DNA of 64,000 nt from Octopus sinensis (GCF_006345805.1 NC_042997.1:43524001-43588000); one strand, 5' to 3'; counted from the stretch's first letter, positions 10,263 to 24,160 are shown. Program-made: numbers and translations. Notes: generated by a model from the letters alone, not told the origin.

Positions 10263-11766
10263 CTGTATTTTGCGCCATGGAAGACGCATTTAGAAAAACA
10301 AATCCCCCAAAACTTGAAAATTATCCTGCATTTTTCATGATGCGAGTTAATAAGTTGTTGGTGTGGTTTTCTTAGAGTTTACTGAAATCAACCTTTTACA
10401 AACACTGTTATTTCATTCCTGAGCAATTGCAAGTATTTTCTATACAACAAAACATTTGATTTAACTAATGATGGATGGAAGCACTCCGTCGGTTACGACG
10501 ACGAGGGTTCCGGTTGATCCGATCAACGGAACAGCCTGCTCGTGAAATTAACGTGTAAGTGGCTGAGCACTCCACAGACACGTGCACCCTTAACGTAGTT
10601 CTCGGGGATATTCAGCGTGACACAGAGAGTGACAAGGCCCGCCCTTTGAAATACAGGTACAACAGAAACAGGAAGTAAGAGTGAGAGAAAGTTGTGGTGA
10701 AAGAGTACAGCAGGGATCACCACCATCCCTGCCGGAGCCTCGTGGAGCTTTAGGTGTTTTCGCTCAATAAACACTCACAACGCCCGGTCTATGACCGCGA
10801 GTCCGCTGCCCTAACCACTGGGCCATTGCGCCTCCAATTTAACTAATATTGGTGATATAAATACAGTTACAATTACTCAGTAAATAAAAAAAAAGGTTTT
10901 TTTAAACTGATGCAACTGTACATTCCTTAACTACTGCGCGGTTCCTTTACTAATGACAGAAGTGTAGCAGCGCCTTGTATTGGGACATTGCAAATTGGTT
11001 TCTCGTCACAACGAACCTGGAATTTTTTTGTTATTCCCATGTAAGAGTCTAGAATTCTTTTTCTCTCGCTGCCAGGCTTTTACTGGTATCACTAACCATT
11101 TTCAGTCCTGGAAATTATATCCCTCATCAATGGTAGGTGTAGTAAGGAGACATAAATATAATATTGCACTTGAACTTGAAGCTGAAGAACATGGAGGCTG
11201 AGCAACAGAAAGAAAATGACCACCGTCTATCGAGAAGATGATTCGCCCGTGGAAGAAACAAGAGAAAGAATTAAATAAAAAACGAATGAACAGAAACACA
11301 ATCTTCACACAGTGCCAGAAAAACAGCCAAACTTAGAAGAAAACTTAAATGCATGGATATTAGACCAAAGAAACCGAGGGTATGCATTAACTATGATGAT
11401 GGTTATTTTGGAAGCAGGGAGGCTGGCACCAAAAACTGGAGTGGGTGATTTCAAAGAAAGTGCTTATTGGCGTTTTCGTTTCCTCGAACAAGAACAAAGA
11501 TAGTTCAGAAAATGACCGCAGAATTCGATGAGAAAATATAACGTTTTCATTGTCAGTTGATTTCAGTTACCGACGGGCATGAACATTCCTCTGATTTGTT
11601 CGCCAATTTTGTCTGATAACAGGTATTTAGCGCGTATCTGCCAGGTACTACCAGATCATATGGACGACACTTTAGTAAGCATAAAAAATTCCTTTCTTAG
11701 AATTACCATTTCCAAAATCAAGATGTGTCTTCCACAATGCAGTATCTGCCATTCTACAAAATACGG
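10263..11766 (+). mobile_element. Pogo-type DNA transposon relic (CENP-B-type HTH)
   Basis: Left end TA-CTGTATTTTGCGCCATGGAAGACGCA, right end AAAATACGG; internal EAEEHGG...EKMIRPWKKQ and PNLEENLNAWILDQRNRG...FKESAYWRFRF at about 11130-11500. Confidence 0.55.
10470..10836 (-). mobile_element. Family A SINE with TSD ATTTAACTAAT
   Basis: TSD 10459-10469 and 10837-10847; ~20-nt deletion removes the B box. Confidence 0.95.
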
Positions 11767-11944
11767 TTCTTGCGTTATTTCGCAGAGAAATCCATTTTCC
11801 TCATCTACGTTTCCATGTGTCTACCAACTATTTTAAGTCAAAAATGCATTATTTTTTTCTCAGAATTCTGACCCACATTAATTTAAAGTATGGTTTGGAC
11901 CCCTCTTTGTAAAATTACCTTAAATAAAACAGTGGTGACCTATC

Positions 11945-12362
11945 ACCACCACCACCACCATTAACATCATTTAGCATCTACTTTCCACGCTTGTATGGGT
12001 CAGACGGAATTTTCTACAGCGGATGCTCTTTCTGTCGTCAAACCTCACCTGTTTCCAAGCAAATTAATATTTCTCCATGGTCACATATGTTTTCGAGGAA
12101 GACTGGAGACAAACAACATCACTTGTGCGACAGTGATTCTCGTCTACAACCTTTATATCAAGACAAGGATGCACACAATCATGCACACACACATGCGCGT
12201 GCGATGGGCTTCTTTTAGTTTCCGTCAACCAAGTCCACTCACAAGGCATTGATCGGCCGGGATTATAGTAAAAGACGCCCAAGGTGCCGCAAAGTAAGAT
12301 TGAACCCGAGACCATATAGCTGCAAAGCAAGCTTGTTAATCACACACCCTCGTCTGCGCTTA
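11945..12362 (-). mobile_element. Old SINE: family B head with a different 3' part
   Basis: B head at 12200-12362; minus-strand GAAAGAGCATCCGCTGTAGAAA and GATG/GGT tail. Confidence 0.55.
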
Positions 12363-14214
12363 AAATGGAAATAATATTTGAACACATATAAATGCTCAAA
12401 GGATAATTGATTTGCTTTTAATGAACTGGTGGAATTGTACAGAGAACGTGGAAGGGAATAAAACTGATCATCTGCTCAGATAGGAATCCTAAACAAATAC
12501 TCTACCATGGTCTCAAAAGAAACTAAAGAAGTAAGGAGAATGTAGAATAAGGAGAATTGACCGCTTCACGGAAAGAACCAGTAAAGAGATATAACTGGTC
12601 ATTAGGAACAAGAAGGATAGAGACATGAAGATTTTTATGCAGATCAAGACGGTCAATTTATAATTTCCAATAAAAATAAGTCGATCACGCCGGATGACAG
12701 CGAAAAAAAAATATGCAAAAATACATTGTGCAACAAAATGCCTGTGGTTAAAATGTTCACTTAAAACACAGTTCTATACATGTCAGAAAAAAATAGTCAG
12801 CAATAAGAACGCAATGAGAAAATTGCGAAATCAAATAGAATTCATCTTCAGAATATGGAAAAGTTAATATGAATGTGATTGTTCAAATATTGCCAGAGTT
12901 CAAGTGTTCACAAAAATTGTATAGGAAGAAATGCTTTAAGCAACAGTTTGACACGTAGCAGTGTTTCCAAGAAAAGAGAGACAAGGTGTAAGCGCTGATG
13001 TCAACGGATATGTATGCGTGAGAAAGCATTGTTTTCTATCTATGAATGTGGAGAGAGAATATTATTCTAATAGAGTGCATATGTAACATTATGTAAACGT
13101 ATGCGTTATAACATGTTTATATCATGATGTGTGTGCGTCAAAACACAAGGAGAGAAATCAAGATGTCAAGTCACGTAGATTAATTATGCAAAATGAAATA
13201 AAGGTCTCAAAAGAACTTGAAAGTGACTGCGTTTATTTTATTAGCTAAAACACTAACAAAACGCACGGGCGTGCATGTATGACAATCATCGATTGTTGGA
13301 AATCAGTATCAAGGCCGGTTTTTAACTTGTGCGATTAGTGGGTCGGTAGGGAGAAAAGCTCTAAAGGATGTGGTGATGGCACGGAATGAAATTGTTTAAA
13401 TGATGGGGAAATAGTTACGCAAGGAAACAGTATGGCGAAGTCAAATTGTGTAGGTGACTGCGAAAACAAATCACACAGCTGTGGTGAACTGTCCACTGCG
13501 AGAACAATCATTATCTAAATGACTAATAACGGTAAGAGAAAGAAAAAGAGAAGAGAATTCCGAAATTTTAATCAATTAAATCATTTAAATTAAATAAGTA
13601 ATGCTATTGGGAGTGAATTTGATCTTTAACGACACGATGACAATTCTAGAGCTTATCAGCGAAACAATTTAACAGTGACTTCTAGATCTTGAAATAGCTA
13701 GAAAGATATAAGTTTCCCGTTGAATGAACGTTGATTGGCATTACAATGGACGGCTCGAGAAAAATTACCCAGTAACCTCCACATCTTGCTTGCTGCAGTA
13801 AACCGAGAAATTCCAGTTAATTAAGACTATATGCCTCCATTTTGACACCTGTGTCTTACTTCATCTACATTGCAAACCCTTAAAATAATTCATTTCTCAT
13901 ATTAACCTTATTAACTCGAACATTTCGATATTTCTTATTGTTATTAATCCTAGAAAATGAACAGTTTGTGAATCCGGCTAGATTTGCATTTTTGTTGAGT
14001 GATTCTGAGACTAACAACACATCAACTCATCCGCTCCAATGATTGTAAAGCAGTGGTTCTTAATCTGGATAGCAGTACACTCTTGGGATGTTGTGAAGTT
14101 AACAAAAAGGTAGGCAAATGTGAAAATATGCAGTAGGAGATACTGAATGTTTAGAGTGGTTATGGTTCTCCTTGCAAAGAAATATTTAAGCCAGGCTCAA
14201 TACTTATATTTTAA

Positions 14215-14437
14215 GCCTTTATCTGTTCTGTGTATCACATGTGATGCACAGGACATATTTCCCTGTCGTCCATGCTTCTTATAGGTAACAACTTTTCTCA
14301 CCAAAAGAGTAACTTGAGTCTTATGAAAGGAAAGCTTAATAGTTCTCAGAGCGTGTGTAACAAGGGCTGACTAAAAGTCTGATAACAAGTATGAGCGTTT
14401 AGGACAATCATGAAAATTCTTTGGACAAGCAAATAGT
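14215..14437. mobile_element. piggyBac-type MITE, degenerate
   Basis: TTAA on both sides; body homologous to 22172-22402. Confidence 0.55.
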
Positions 14438-15091
14438 TTAACATATTTTCCCAAAACCTTTGTCGGGATTAAAATATGAATAGGACGTACATTGCTTTAT
14501 CAATGAACAGGCAAACCTTATGATGTACTAAGATTCAGTATAATTTCTTTAATAATTTCCATAATAATCAAATGAATACGGGAGGGTATCTAAAAGGAGC
14601 CACTACTAATAAGCTGCTACGTTTCTCTTTGTTCACAATAATCTACTTTGTTTTATATTTTTCAAAACATGAGGAGTTTTGTGTTTGTGATACAAAAGTA
14701 TTGTGATACAAAAGTTTGAAGACCATTGTTCTAAAAGAACCTTTTGGAATTTAATTACGATCTGAAGATCAATAATTCAAATAAATTTGTTAGGAAATAA
14801 TTACAGTATGGAAGAATTTTGCAAGTACGACTTGTCAGCTATGTACCAATGCAAAATAGCTTATAACAATTGGTTTCGATCTCACGTTTTGCCACGTAGT
14901 ACTCACAAATTGATCACGTGCGCAAATCCCATTTCAGTCCAATGAGCAGCTTTTGTTCAAATACAGCTCGTTTGAGCGTAAAAATTTCAAAGTGATTCAT
15001 TCTTCGGCAGATGTCACTCTCGCCTTATAGCTGTTTTCACGGCTACATATTCAACCTGGAACGATAGATGAAGAAACACGCCACGGTCACA

Positions 15092-15104
15092 GTAACATGG
15101 CAAC
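15092..15104. promoter_or_regulatory. RFX X-box-like motif
   Basis: GTAACATGGCAAC, in repeat-poor DNA. Confidence 0.3.
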
Positions 15105-15434
15105 AAGAATATATATTGATCTGTGAAAAATTAACCCGAACGCTGAATTTCTAACGAAGATTTCCTGAACTTGTAATGTACGCCATTTCATCTAAATATC
15201 CCTCTTCGTGTTTTGAATGAACACTTTCTCTATTAATGTAGCAATGAATATGTTCACACATTTGAAACAAGCCTTCTTCCTGACTACATTACAAACTGAA
15301 GAATAAATGTCTTGATTTCAACAAAAACATTCGTGTTGATATAAAGGATAGACTATAATATGAGCACACACCAGAACTACAACCCATGGTTCCTTGTTGG
15401 CACCTCGTTGTCATTAGTTGTACTCAACGTGGAT

Positions 15435-15770
15435 GCATCTTGGTCGGATAGTTCAGAAGTTCGTTTTGCAATCATGGAAGTCTAGGTTCGATCCCGCTAC
15501 CTATCGACATGTGTTGTCTCTTATAGCCTTAGCTTGAGCAGACGATTGCGACTGAAATTGGGTTGGCGGAAACTACATGGAAGCCCAAGTGATGTACTGT
15601 AATTCAGTGGGCCAGCCTTCTTACACCGTGTCATGTTGATTCTATGTAACGATTACATTAAGTACACATGTGCCGAAGGAATACTCAGCCACTTGTACGT
15701 CAAAACATTGAGTGGGGACTGCTGTTGATCGAACAAACTGAATACTCATCGTTGAAAACGACGATGATCC
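15435..15770 (+). mobile_element. Old hybrid SINE (B head + A 3' domain)
   Basis: GGTTCGATCCC B box, GGCGGAAACTACATGGAAGCCC, then TACTCAGCCACTTGTACG and GTTGATCGAACAAAC. Confidence 0.6.
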
Positions 15771-15811
15771 ATTTTATATGATAGTTTAGTATTATTACAT
15801 AAACTAACAAT

Positions 15812-16183
15812 TCTCTCTCTATATATAAACGGCAAAATGTCTGTGTGTGTGTCCTTTATACAAATCCCCAATTTTTCAGTTAGAGGGCTCACACTTTCTA
15901 TGGTCATTCAAAACCGTCCAAGGGTGGTCGTGCACATCTTTACATTTCCCCAGTCACCCCGCAAAGCCATTAAAAAATCAATAGCAGTGACTTTTTTGTG
16001 AATTTTCTATCCAAAACCCAATCAAAATGCCCGAGACTTGATACGCCAATTGAATACCAGCTAGCTGTATGTGACTGGTCGGAGATTTGGACAGTACTCG
16101 CGTGGTCGTGCGCACGCACGCAGCTGTATATGCATGCACTAGCACTATGACCCGGCGTTGCCGGGTCATAGTGCTAGTGCTAG
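15812..16183 (+). mobile_element. Non-autonomous Helitron with palindromic 3' end
   Basis: 5' TCTCTCTCTATATATAAACGGCA as in family H2; 3' 45-nt palindrome 16136-16180 ending CTAG. Confidence 0.7.
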
Positions 16184-17119
16184 TTAAAGGCTATGAAATA
16201 TGAATATTCTTAATAACTGATGTTTGTCATGATGTTTTAGTGGTCTCCCTTGTTTCGGTGTAAGTTATTTTTTTCGTATGGTTTATTTAAGAGGCAGAAT
16301 CAGTCTTAATGACGTCCGCAGGCTCTCTAAAGCTAGTGAATTTGAGCTGTTTTAAATCGAGCACTGTATAAACAGTGTGACGCCAAAGAGAATTCCATAA
16401 GGATAGCATTTATACGAGGAAAAATAGGAGAGTTACTGCGTAGCCTAGTGTGGCGTGTAAATCAGAAGTGACAAGAAGAGAAACGACGGGTATTAATGAA
16501 TGTAAAATATGTCACCTTTGCTATGGGGGATTCTTATGGGCCAGAATTTAGCACTAGTTTTACGGTACAAGGACAGGTTATTGACAGTTCTAACATTTGA
16601 AAGTATTGCAAACTATTGTTAGTAACATTAGTAGTTGATCTGATACCCATTCCTGATAGCTGGAAGAATTGAGGCAATGCAGAATAAAGAATAAACTGAT
16701 CGATTATTGGGTCGTGATCTGTCTTTTTTATTTAGATAGTGTATCTAAGACTACAGCTTTCAATATGTTCTTTGTTTTATAAAACAATTAGTCAGTGAAT
16801 TGTAGGAGATTTGGTTGTTATTTTTGGCAAGGTTGAACTACCACGTAAAAACGTCTTTGTTTGCTCGAAAGACCCATTATTTTGAGAGATTAGAACAGGA
16901 ATTATGTTTATGCGGTTGTTGCTTGATCGCAGCTCTAATCTTGCCGTGAGCATTGTCTTTTTTCTATAAGCAATAATGACGTACGTAAATTAAAACGCTG
17001 TCATTGTATAATGTCCATAGTTTTCGTTGATGAAATATTCAACTTGTTCTGCGACACACTCCACAATATAAATAATTATCTTACACAGATATATGAATCA
17101 AGAAATTTTTATAGGCGAA

Positions 17120-17549
17120 CTAGCAGCATAGCCCGGCGTTGCCCGGGTATGTAAGAGCCCCTAGTAGGCAACGACTAATCCCAATCTAGTTCTTTCCCTC
17201 TAGGGAACGAAGGCGCATGTGTAGGTTGCAATGTCTTCTCTTCACTCGAATACTTCTATGTATACGATGTTCCAAGCTATCTCCCGATTGCAAGTTGCGA
17301 AAACTACAACAGAACATGTGTTGCATATAAAAAGCTTAGATTCTCGACCCCATGTCGAATTTATCGATTATTTTCAGAACTGGGGGAACTTTTCAAAATT
17401 TTCGCTGCGTTAGTTTTGAATTATGACATTGGGCTATGTGTGTGTCAAGTTTCATCAGAATCGGTTGAAAGCCGTGGTCAGGGTGAGGGTACAACCTAAC
17501 AGACACACAGATACACACACAGACAAACTGCCGTTTATATAGAGAGAGA
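17120..17549 (-). mobile_element. Non-autonomous Helitron, family H2
   Basis: A|TC start; CCCGGGCAACGCCGGG hairpin plus CTAG|T; homologous to 38849-39369. Confidence 0.85.
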
Positions 17550-17691
17550 TAAAAATGAGAAACTGTGACACTTGTGTCTTGTTTAAGAACATCAGGCGCT
17601 CATGACTTATTACATTCGATATATGTAATTATATTTACTAAATCAGAAATATGTCAATATTTGTAGACTTATAAGGTGGTGGATAGCAATT

Positions 17692-18079
17692 TTGGGGAAG
17701 CACTCCCTCGGTTACGACGATGAGGGTTCCGGTTGATCCGAATCAACGGAACAGCCTGCTCGTGAAATTAACGTGTAAGTGGCTGAGCACTCCACAGACA
17801 CGTGTACCCTTAACGTAGTTCTCGGGGATATTCAGCGTGACACAGAGAGTGACAAGGCCGGCCCTTTGAAGTACAGGTACAACAGAAACAGGAAGTAAGA
17901 GTGAGAGAAAGTTGCGGTGAAAGAGTACAACAGGGATCACCGCCATCCCCTGCCGGAGCCTCGTGGAGCTTTAGGTGTTTTCGCTCAATAAACACTCACA
18001 ACGCCCGGTCTGGGAATCGAAACCGCGATCCTATGACCGCGAGTCCGCTGCCCTAACCACTGGGCCATTGCGCCTCCAC
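17692..18079 (-). mobile_element. Family A SINE, full length, TSD ATAGCAATT
   Basis: A box TGGCCCAGTGG, B-box variant GGTTTCGATTCC; TSD 17683-17691 and 18080-18088. Confidence 0.96.
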
Positions 18080-18330
18080 ATAGCAATTCTAGTAGAGTAT
18101 CGTATAAAATGGTTCACACTATTTTGTGAGGGGTCATTTACATTCTGCGTTTAAATTATAGTTCACCCGAGGTCATCTTTGTCTTTCATCCTTCTAGGTT
18201 TGATAAAAATAAAGTATCGGTCAAGTATTGCGGTAGATATAATCAAGTATAACTCTGTCCAAAATTTAGACGCCGCGTCCATGTTAGACATCAATATATA
18301 TCATAATATCAAAAGGGAAGGAATGGGTAA

Positions 18331-18897
18331 GTGGGGCAAAATGAGTAATTTCTGGGTTCTGTTATATTTTCACTGTTTGCTTGAAACCATTGCATTAGAA
18401 GTATTGCATCACCATTTTGTGCTATTGCGTTATCTTTGGGAATAAGAATTGGTCAGCATAGTTGTTGTTGTTGTTGTTGAAGTTGAGATAGTTTGAAACA
18501 TAAACAAATGACATACTTTTTTTCAAGAAAGTTTGACCCGATTGTAATTGAGGTTGCCAATAAAACATCTGGATAATTTTTCGTATTTAAAAATCAATAT
18601 TCACTTCTACAAGTCAATTTTTGCCCCACACTAATGTCTAATTTGATGATTTTCAGTTTTCAAAAGAAAGAAAAAAAAAAAGGTCTAAAGTGGGGCAAAG
18701 TGAGTAATGACTACTCCATAACACATATCACCAATTCTTGATCTTCTTTCACATGACCAAGATATTTAAAATTTTTGTTGCAATTTTGATCTTCCTGATG
18801 CCTAAGAATGGAAATTGGTGTGTAAGATGTTTTCAAATGTAACTAGAAAACCCAAAAATTATGTTAATTTTATTTTGTCTTACTCATTTTGCCCCAC
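18331..18897. mobile_element. TIR element (MITE-like), superfamily uncertain
   Basis: Perfect 18-bp IR GTGGGGCAAAATGAGTAA / TTACTCATTTTGCCCCAC; internal part-copies near 18620 and 18690. Confidence 0.6.
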
Positions 18898-19224
18898 CGA
18901 TATTCGTCTTGTATGCTCAAAGAGAACAGTGATAATTTTCTGAAATAGTGTTCTGAATATGTTACAGTGTTTTTAATGTTTTAGCTGATACAGTTTTTGT
19001 TAGGAAGTAAACATGTGTAAAAAAAGAAAATAGATAAATTCTCAAAGTCAAAAATGTAGCAAATATTATTCATTGTTCCACCCGCCTATTGTATCTTTAA
19101 TGTAAGGAGACCGCCAGATTGTTGGTAATCATAGTAGAGGTGTTGGCTATGGTGATGATGATGATGATGATGGGAATGAAGAGAGAGAGAGGGAGGGATG
19201 GAGGGTGGGGAGAGAGATTGTTAT

Positions 19225-20450
19225 AGTCGTTGTGCTAACTCATCGAGTTTCTTGAGGATATTACCCAAATCACTGATGGCTGCTCCTGGGTGGATGTTGT
19301 TTACCTGGACTTTGCTAAGGCTTTTAATTCTGTGCCACACAAAAGACTTATGGTGAAACTCTCTGCAATGGGTGCAAGAGATGATCTCTATAACTGGTTG
19401 AAGTCCTTCATTATCGGCCAAAAAGAGGTTGTCACAGTTCTAGGACAGCACTCTTCACCTTATGAGATGACATCTGGTGTACCACAGGGATCTGTTCTTG
19501 GCTCCCTTTTATTTGTTGCATATGTTAATGACATAGATGCCAACTTAAAGAATGCCACAGTGCTGAAATATGTAGATGACATCAAGCTGTACCTCGAAAT
19601 AAAGAGGACAGATCCTGTACACTATAGATCTTTATTGCAATCAGACCTGGACACAATGCAGCAGTGGATCATGGACTGGCAACTCAAGCTGGCTGTGGAC
19701 AAATGTACCACCATGCATTTTGGGAGGAGAACGTGACCTGGCCATTATTGTCGACAGCGATTTGCGTTGGACAAAACACATTGCTAAAATTGCCAAGAAG
19801 GCTGAGGGTGTCTTGGCATCACTCACCAAGTCCTTTGTGAGCCGCTCTCCGGCTATCTGTCTGAGGCTTTATATAGCTATAGTGCGACCTCACCTGGAAT
19901 TTGCATCACCGGTGTGGAACCCCTATCTTGCCCAGGATATTGTCTGGAACCGTTCAGTGACGTGCAACCAAGAGAATACCCTCAATCAGGCATTTGCCAT
20001 ATTCTGAACGCCTTACTTCCCTGGGCATGAATACACTGAAACTCCGACGTCTAGCGACTGACTTGGCAGACACCCATAAAATTATAAACCATCTTACAAA
20101 CAATAACTCTGAGCACCTTTTCAAACTCCACCCGTCTAACACCCGTGGACATATTTACAAAGTCAGAAAACAGCACAGCTCCCATGACTTTCGGAAACAT
20201 TTTTTCACGTTGCTGAAGTATGGAACAAACTGCCGGCATCAGTTAGTTGTCGGAGCACTGCATCCTTAAAAACTTCCATGCTACCTGAGATTCGCCAACA
20301 CTACACCTGATTTTCTCCCCTCCACACACACGCAAGCATGTATCTGACTCATACACTGTTCGCTTTCCAGACATTTGTACATGACTGCCTATGCTTTATA
20401 CGCACTTTTGCACCTGAGCACTGTATACAATGATTTCATTATTTTATAAT
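19225..20450 (+). mobile_element. 5'-truncated CR1-clade LINE (RT to 3' UTR), frameshifted
   Basis: VDVVYLDFAKAFNSVPH, SGVPQGSVLG, KYVDDIKLY, VRPHLEFASPVWNP, TRGH; ATT tail. Confidence 0.93.
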
Positions 20451-20478
20451 GTTATGTCTTTTAATAACATATTTACTT

Positions 20479-20692
20479 AAGGCGGTGAGCTGGCAGAGTC
20501 GTTAGCACGCCGGACAAAATCTTTAGCGACATTTCGCCCGCCTTTTCGTTCTGCGTTCAAATTCCACTAAGGTCGACATTGCCTTTCATCCTTTCGAGAT
20601 CGATAACATAAGTACCAGTTGAACACTGGCGATTCATGTAATCGACTTACTCCCTTCCCTGTAATAACTGGCTTTGTTCCAAAATTTGAAAC
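20479..20692 (+). mobile_element. Family C SINE
   Basis: GGCGGTGAGCTGGCAGA head; Deu-like GGTCGACATTGCCTTTCATCCTTTCGAGATCGAT. Confidence 0.85.
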
Positions 20693-22171
20693 AAATAATA
20701 CATTTCCCGTAAACCGTAAAGAAATTTCATTGTTGAGTAAAATTTGAAATAAACTCGTAAATATGTGATGTACATTAATGATTTCAAGTTTGGTATGTCA
20801 GGTTGTAATAGAACCTTAACTATGAGAAATTACTTTAGACATGCATTAAAATAGAAAGCGGCTAAACGTCTACAGACTTAGTTAAAATGAGTTCTTAGTG
20901 ATTTAATTATATTTTCATTGTACATTGTCAAAAACTTTGAAACATTAGCTGACATTCGAATTTAAAAATGTGAGCTACAAAATGCTAACATAACACTGCA
21001 CACATGTATTCTGAGATTATGTTAAAGAAACGACGACGAATTTTAAAATTTTTTATTTGGCGATAAGAAATATAAAAAAAAAAAGAAATTATTCACGATT
21101 TAACGCCTGCGAAAATTGAATCTGGACAGTTTCTTGGTAAATTTCAATATTCAAAAAGTAACTGTTACACTTTGTGACGGTCGTCTGCTTCTTCGCTGCT
21201 GGCAGTATTAGTGGCGGAGGAGGAGGCGACGGCATTTATTTCCTTGTTAGAGTTGTGGTGTTAGCCACTAGTATTGTTGTGGTGGTGGTGGTAGTGGGAA
21301 TAGTTATTTGTTTGTTTTGTAGGTTCTCATGGTAGTGGTGGGGGTGTGAGTGATGTTGTGTTCTGCTTTGAGTGTTATATTTCTTTCACTGCATTAATGT
21401 GACTGCATAGGGAAGATGAATAAGTGATGTTTCCCATGGAATTTCCACAGGTCCGGTTATTGTGTACGCTTATTAACTGAAGAACAGTTATCTGAGCATA
21501 ATACTCTTTAAACAATAAGTTTGCACCAGGAGTGGCAAGAGAATACAAAATGTCGACAAAATGTCTTCTTACACACTTTAATCCCGTTCCTCTACGTTTT
21601 AGCACGAATCTTATGGTGTTCGATTTCGCTTTCCGTATTTATCAAATCGTGGTAGGCCCTGATTGTACTCGGGTAGCTCAAAGATAATTTAATAGAAAAC
21701 AAGCAAACGCACAGAAAGGACGGATGCTGGTGTTTATTATTTAATTAAACATTTTTTTGCCAGTTGTATTATGCCCGGTCTCGTCCATCGTACATATAAA
21801 TCCCCATTATCGTTCGTAATTTGTTTATAATTTTTCTGTATAACATAACTTACTAACTACTAGCCACCTCATAAAAATGAGCCTTCTGACTAAACAAAAC
21901 AAGTTAGATATATTCCTTCAAGTGCGGTTTTACATCACATTCTACAGAACTGCATGTACAAAAGCCCAAACGCGGACGCTCCCAAGTCTGGTTCCAGAGC
22001 AGCTAACGACTGGCTCTCTACAAAGATTGAAATCACTTTGCAGCGATTACCTATGTACTCTCTTTGATTTGAACGGTAAAAGTGGCTGAATGAAATAGTA
22101 AGAAGCAACCAGATGAGAAGTCGGTTGCTTGTCTGCCACTGTACTTTCATTGTTTTAGTAAAGACACTTAA

Positions 22172-22402
22172 CCCTTTGCTTGTCCAGTGTATCGTATGTG
22201 ATGCATAGGATATATTTTCTGGGCGTCCATGCATCATATATGTACACATTCCAAGTTTTCTCATCCACCAGAGTAACTTGGGACTTATGAAAGGAAAGCT
22301 TTATATTACTCAGAATGTATGAAAAAAGAGCTAACTAAATGTCTGTAAACAAGCTTGGATGTTCCGGACAAATTTACGAAAATGCTTTGGACAGGCAGAG
22401 AG
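22172..22402. mobile_element. piggyBac-type MITE
   Basis: TTAA|CCCTTTGCTTGTCCA ... TGGACAGGCAGAGAG|TTAA. Confidence 0.65.
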
Positions 22403-22798
22403 TTAAATCTAAAGGAACTGGTCCAGCCAGCAGTAAGCGGGTATTGTAGAGTAGTATGCTCTATCGCTTAATACAGCAATGGTATTGAGATAATGTCGAA
22501 TATTTGGTTGACTTGTGGAACTGAATTCACTTCCCTTCTTTTGTTATCGCTGAATCAGAAGGGAGAAAAGACAGTATCTAGAACATCCGAAGCCTGGCCC
22601 GAAGTCTAACCCTAACCCTAAGTAGAAAAACTTTTGGAAGTTTTTTTCAGAATCATAATCTCCGTAGCCGAAATTAAATAAAAAAGGGTGTTTTTGGGGG
22701 GTACAAAAGGTAGTCTTGCCATATATATGTGTGTGTGTGTATATATATATATATTATATATATATATATATATAATATATATATATATGTATAAAACC

Positions 22799-22920
22799 TG
22801 ATGCTAAGGATTCAGCGGTACATATGTTTCTTTTATTTTGATTAATTTACTCCACCACCTACACCACCAAACGGTATATACAGGTGCTTACAATTATCAA
22901 GTACTGACCCTGAATTTCTA
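22799..22920. mobile_element. Second copy of the 4620-4923 Penelope-type terminus
   Basis: 22799-22832 matches 4718-4749 forward; 22833-22920 matches about 4625-4715 inverted. Confidence 0.75.
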
Positions 22921-22928
22921 TATATATG

Positions 22929-23015
<87 letters not shown>

Positions 23016-23031
23016 TATATATATATATATG

Positions 23032-23072
<41 letters not shown>

Positions 23073-23086
23073 GTGTGTGTGTGTAT

Positions 23087-23135
<49 letters not shown>

Positions 23136-23400
23136 ATATCGATATGTCGACATGAACAAGTCCTTCGGTACTAACGACCATACTAAATCGAAGCAACTAA
23201 AGAGACGACACCTTCTTCCTGTGATTCACTCCATGTCTCTGTTAGAAATGAAAGATGGAGAAGACACGGCATGAAGGAGAAGATAAACCACTTGGAATGA
23301 TTCCTGATTCCTACAAGAGATTTTGAATATCCAAATCTTGAGAGAAGAAACCGAGAAAGAAAGCGGGAAAATGAGTGACAGAACAAGAGGAGGTTAGGAG

Positions 23401-23462
<62 letters not shown>

Positions 23463-23485
23463 GAGAAGAGAGAGAGAGAGAGAAA

Positions 23486-23520
<35 letters not shown>

Positions 23521-24129
23521 AACTGTGAGGCAAACCAAGGAAAGTTCGCGTGCCTCCATCATTCTAAGACATAAAGCAGGAATGACATGAAATAGCCATT
23601 AAAAGTAGTATTGAATTCTTTCCGAAGAATATCTGAGATCGATGGAAACGTATGCAGACACACAGGCATGTATGTGTGTGCGTACGTGCGTACGTGCGTG
23701 CGTGTGTGCGTGTGTGTGTGTGTGTGTGTGCATGTGTGTGCGTGTGTGTGTGTGTGTGTGTGCGTGCGTGCGTGTCTGTACTGCGTGCATCGAAGTTGAC
23801 ACATTAGGGAGTTTCGACGATGACGGATGAGCAGCTTACTTTTCATTCTTCTCACTCACACTCTAACCACCACCACCACCACCACCACCACCACACCACC
23901 ACTACCACGACAACAACAACAATAACGACGACGACAACGACACTCACACTACAACTACAACTGCTATTACCACCACCACCACCACTATTATTATTACTAC
24001 TACTACAGCTACGATCAACATCACACAACCGCCAAACCTCACTCAATTTTGATTTGATTGCTAATTAAATATATGTTGCGAATCTGGAAACATGATTATC
24101 GTCACGAAAATCGAGAGAGAGAGCGAGAA

Positions 24130-24160
<31 letters not shown>
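22920..24160. repeat. Microsatellite cluster: (TA)n, (GA)n, (TG/CGTG)n, (CAC/CAA/TAC)n
   Basis: Direct, with short unique spacers. Confidence 0.9.

Noticed and set aside
22608-22622. Telomeric (TAACCC)n
   Set aside because: Only about two units; uninformative.
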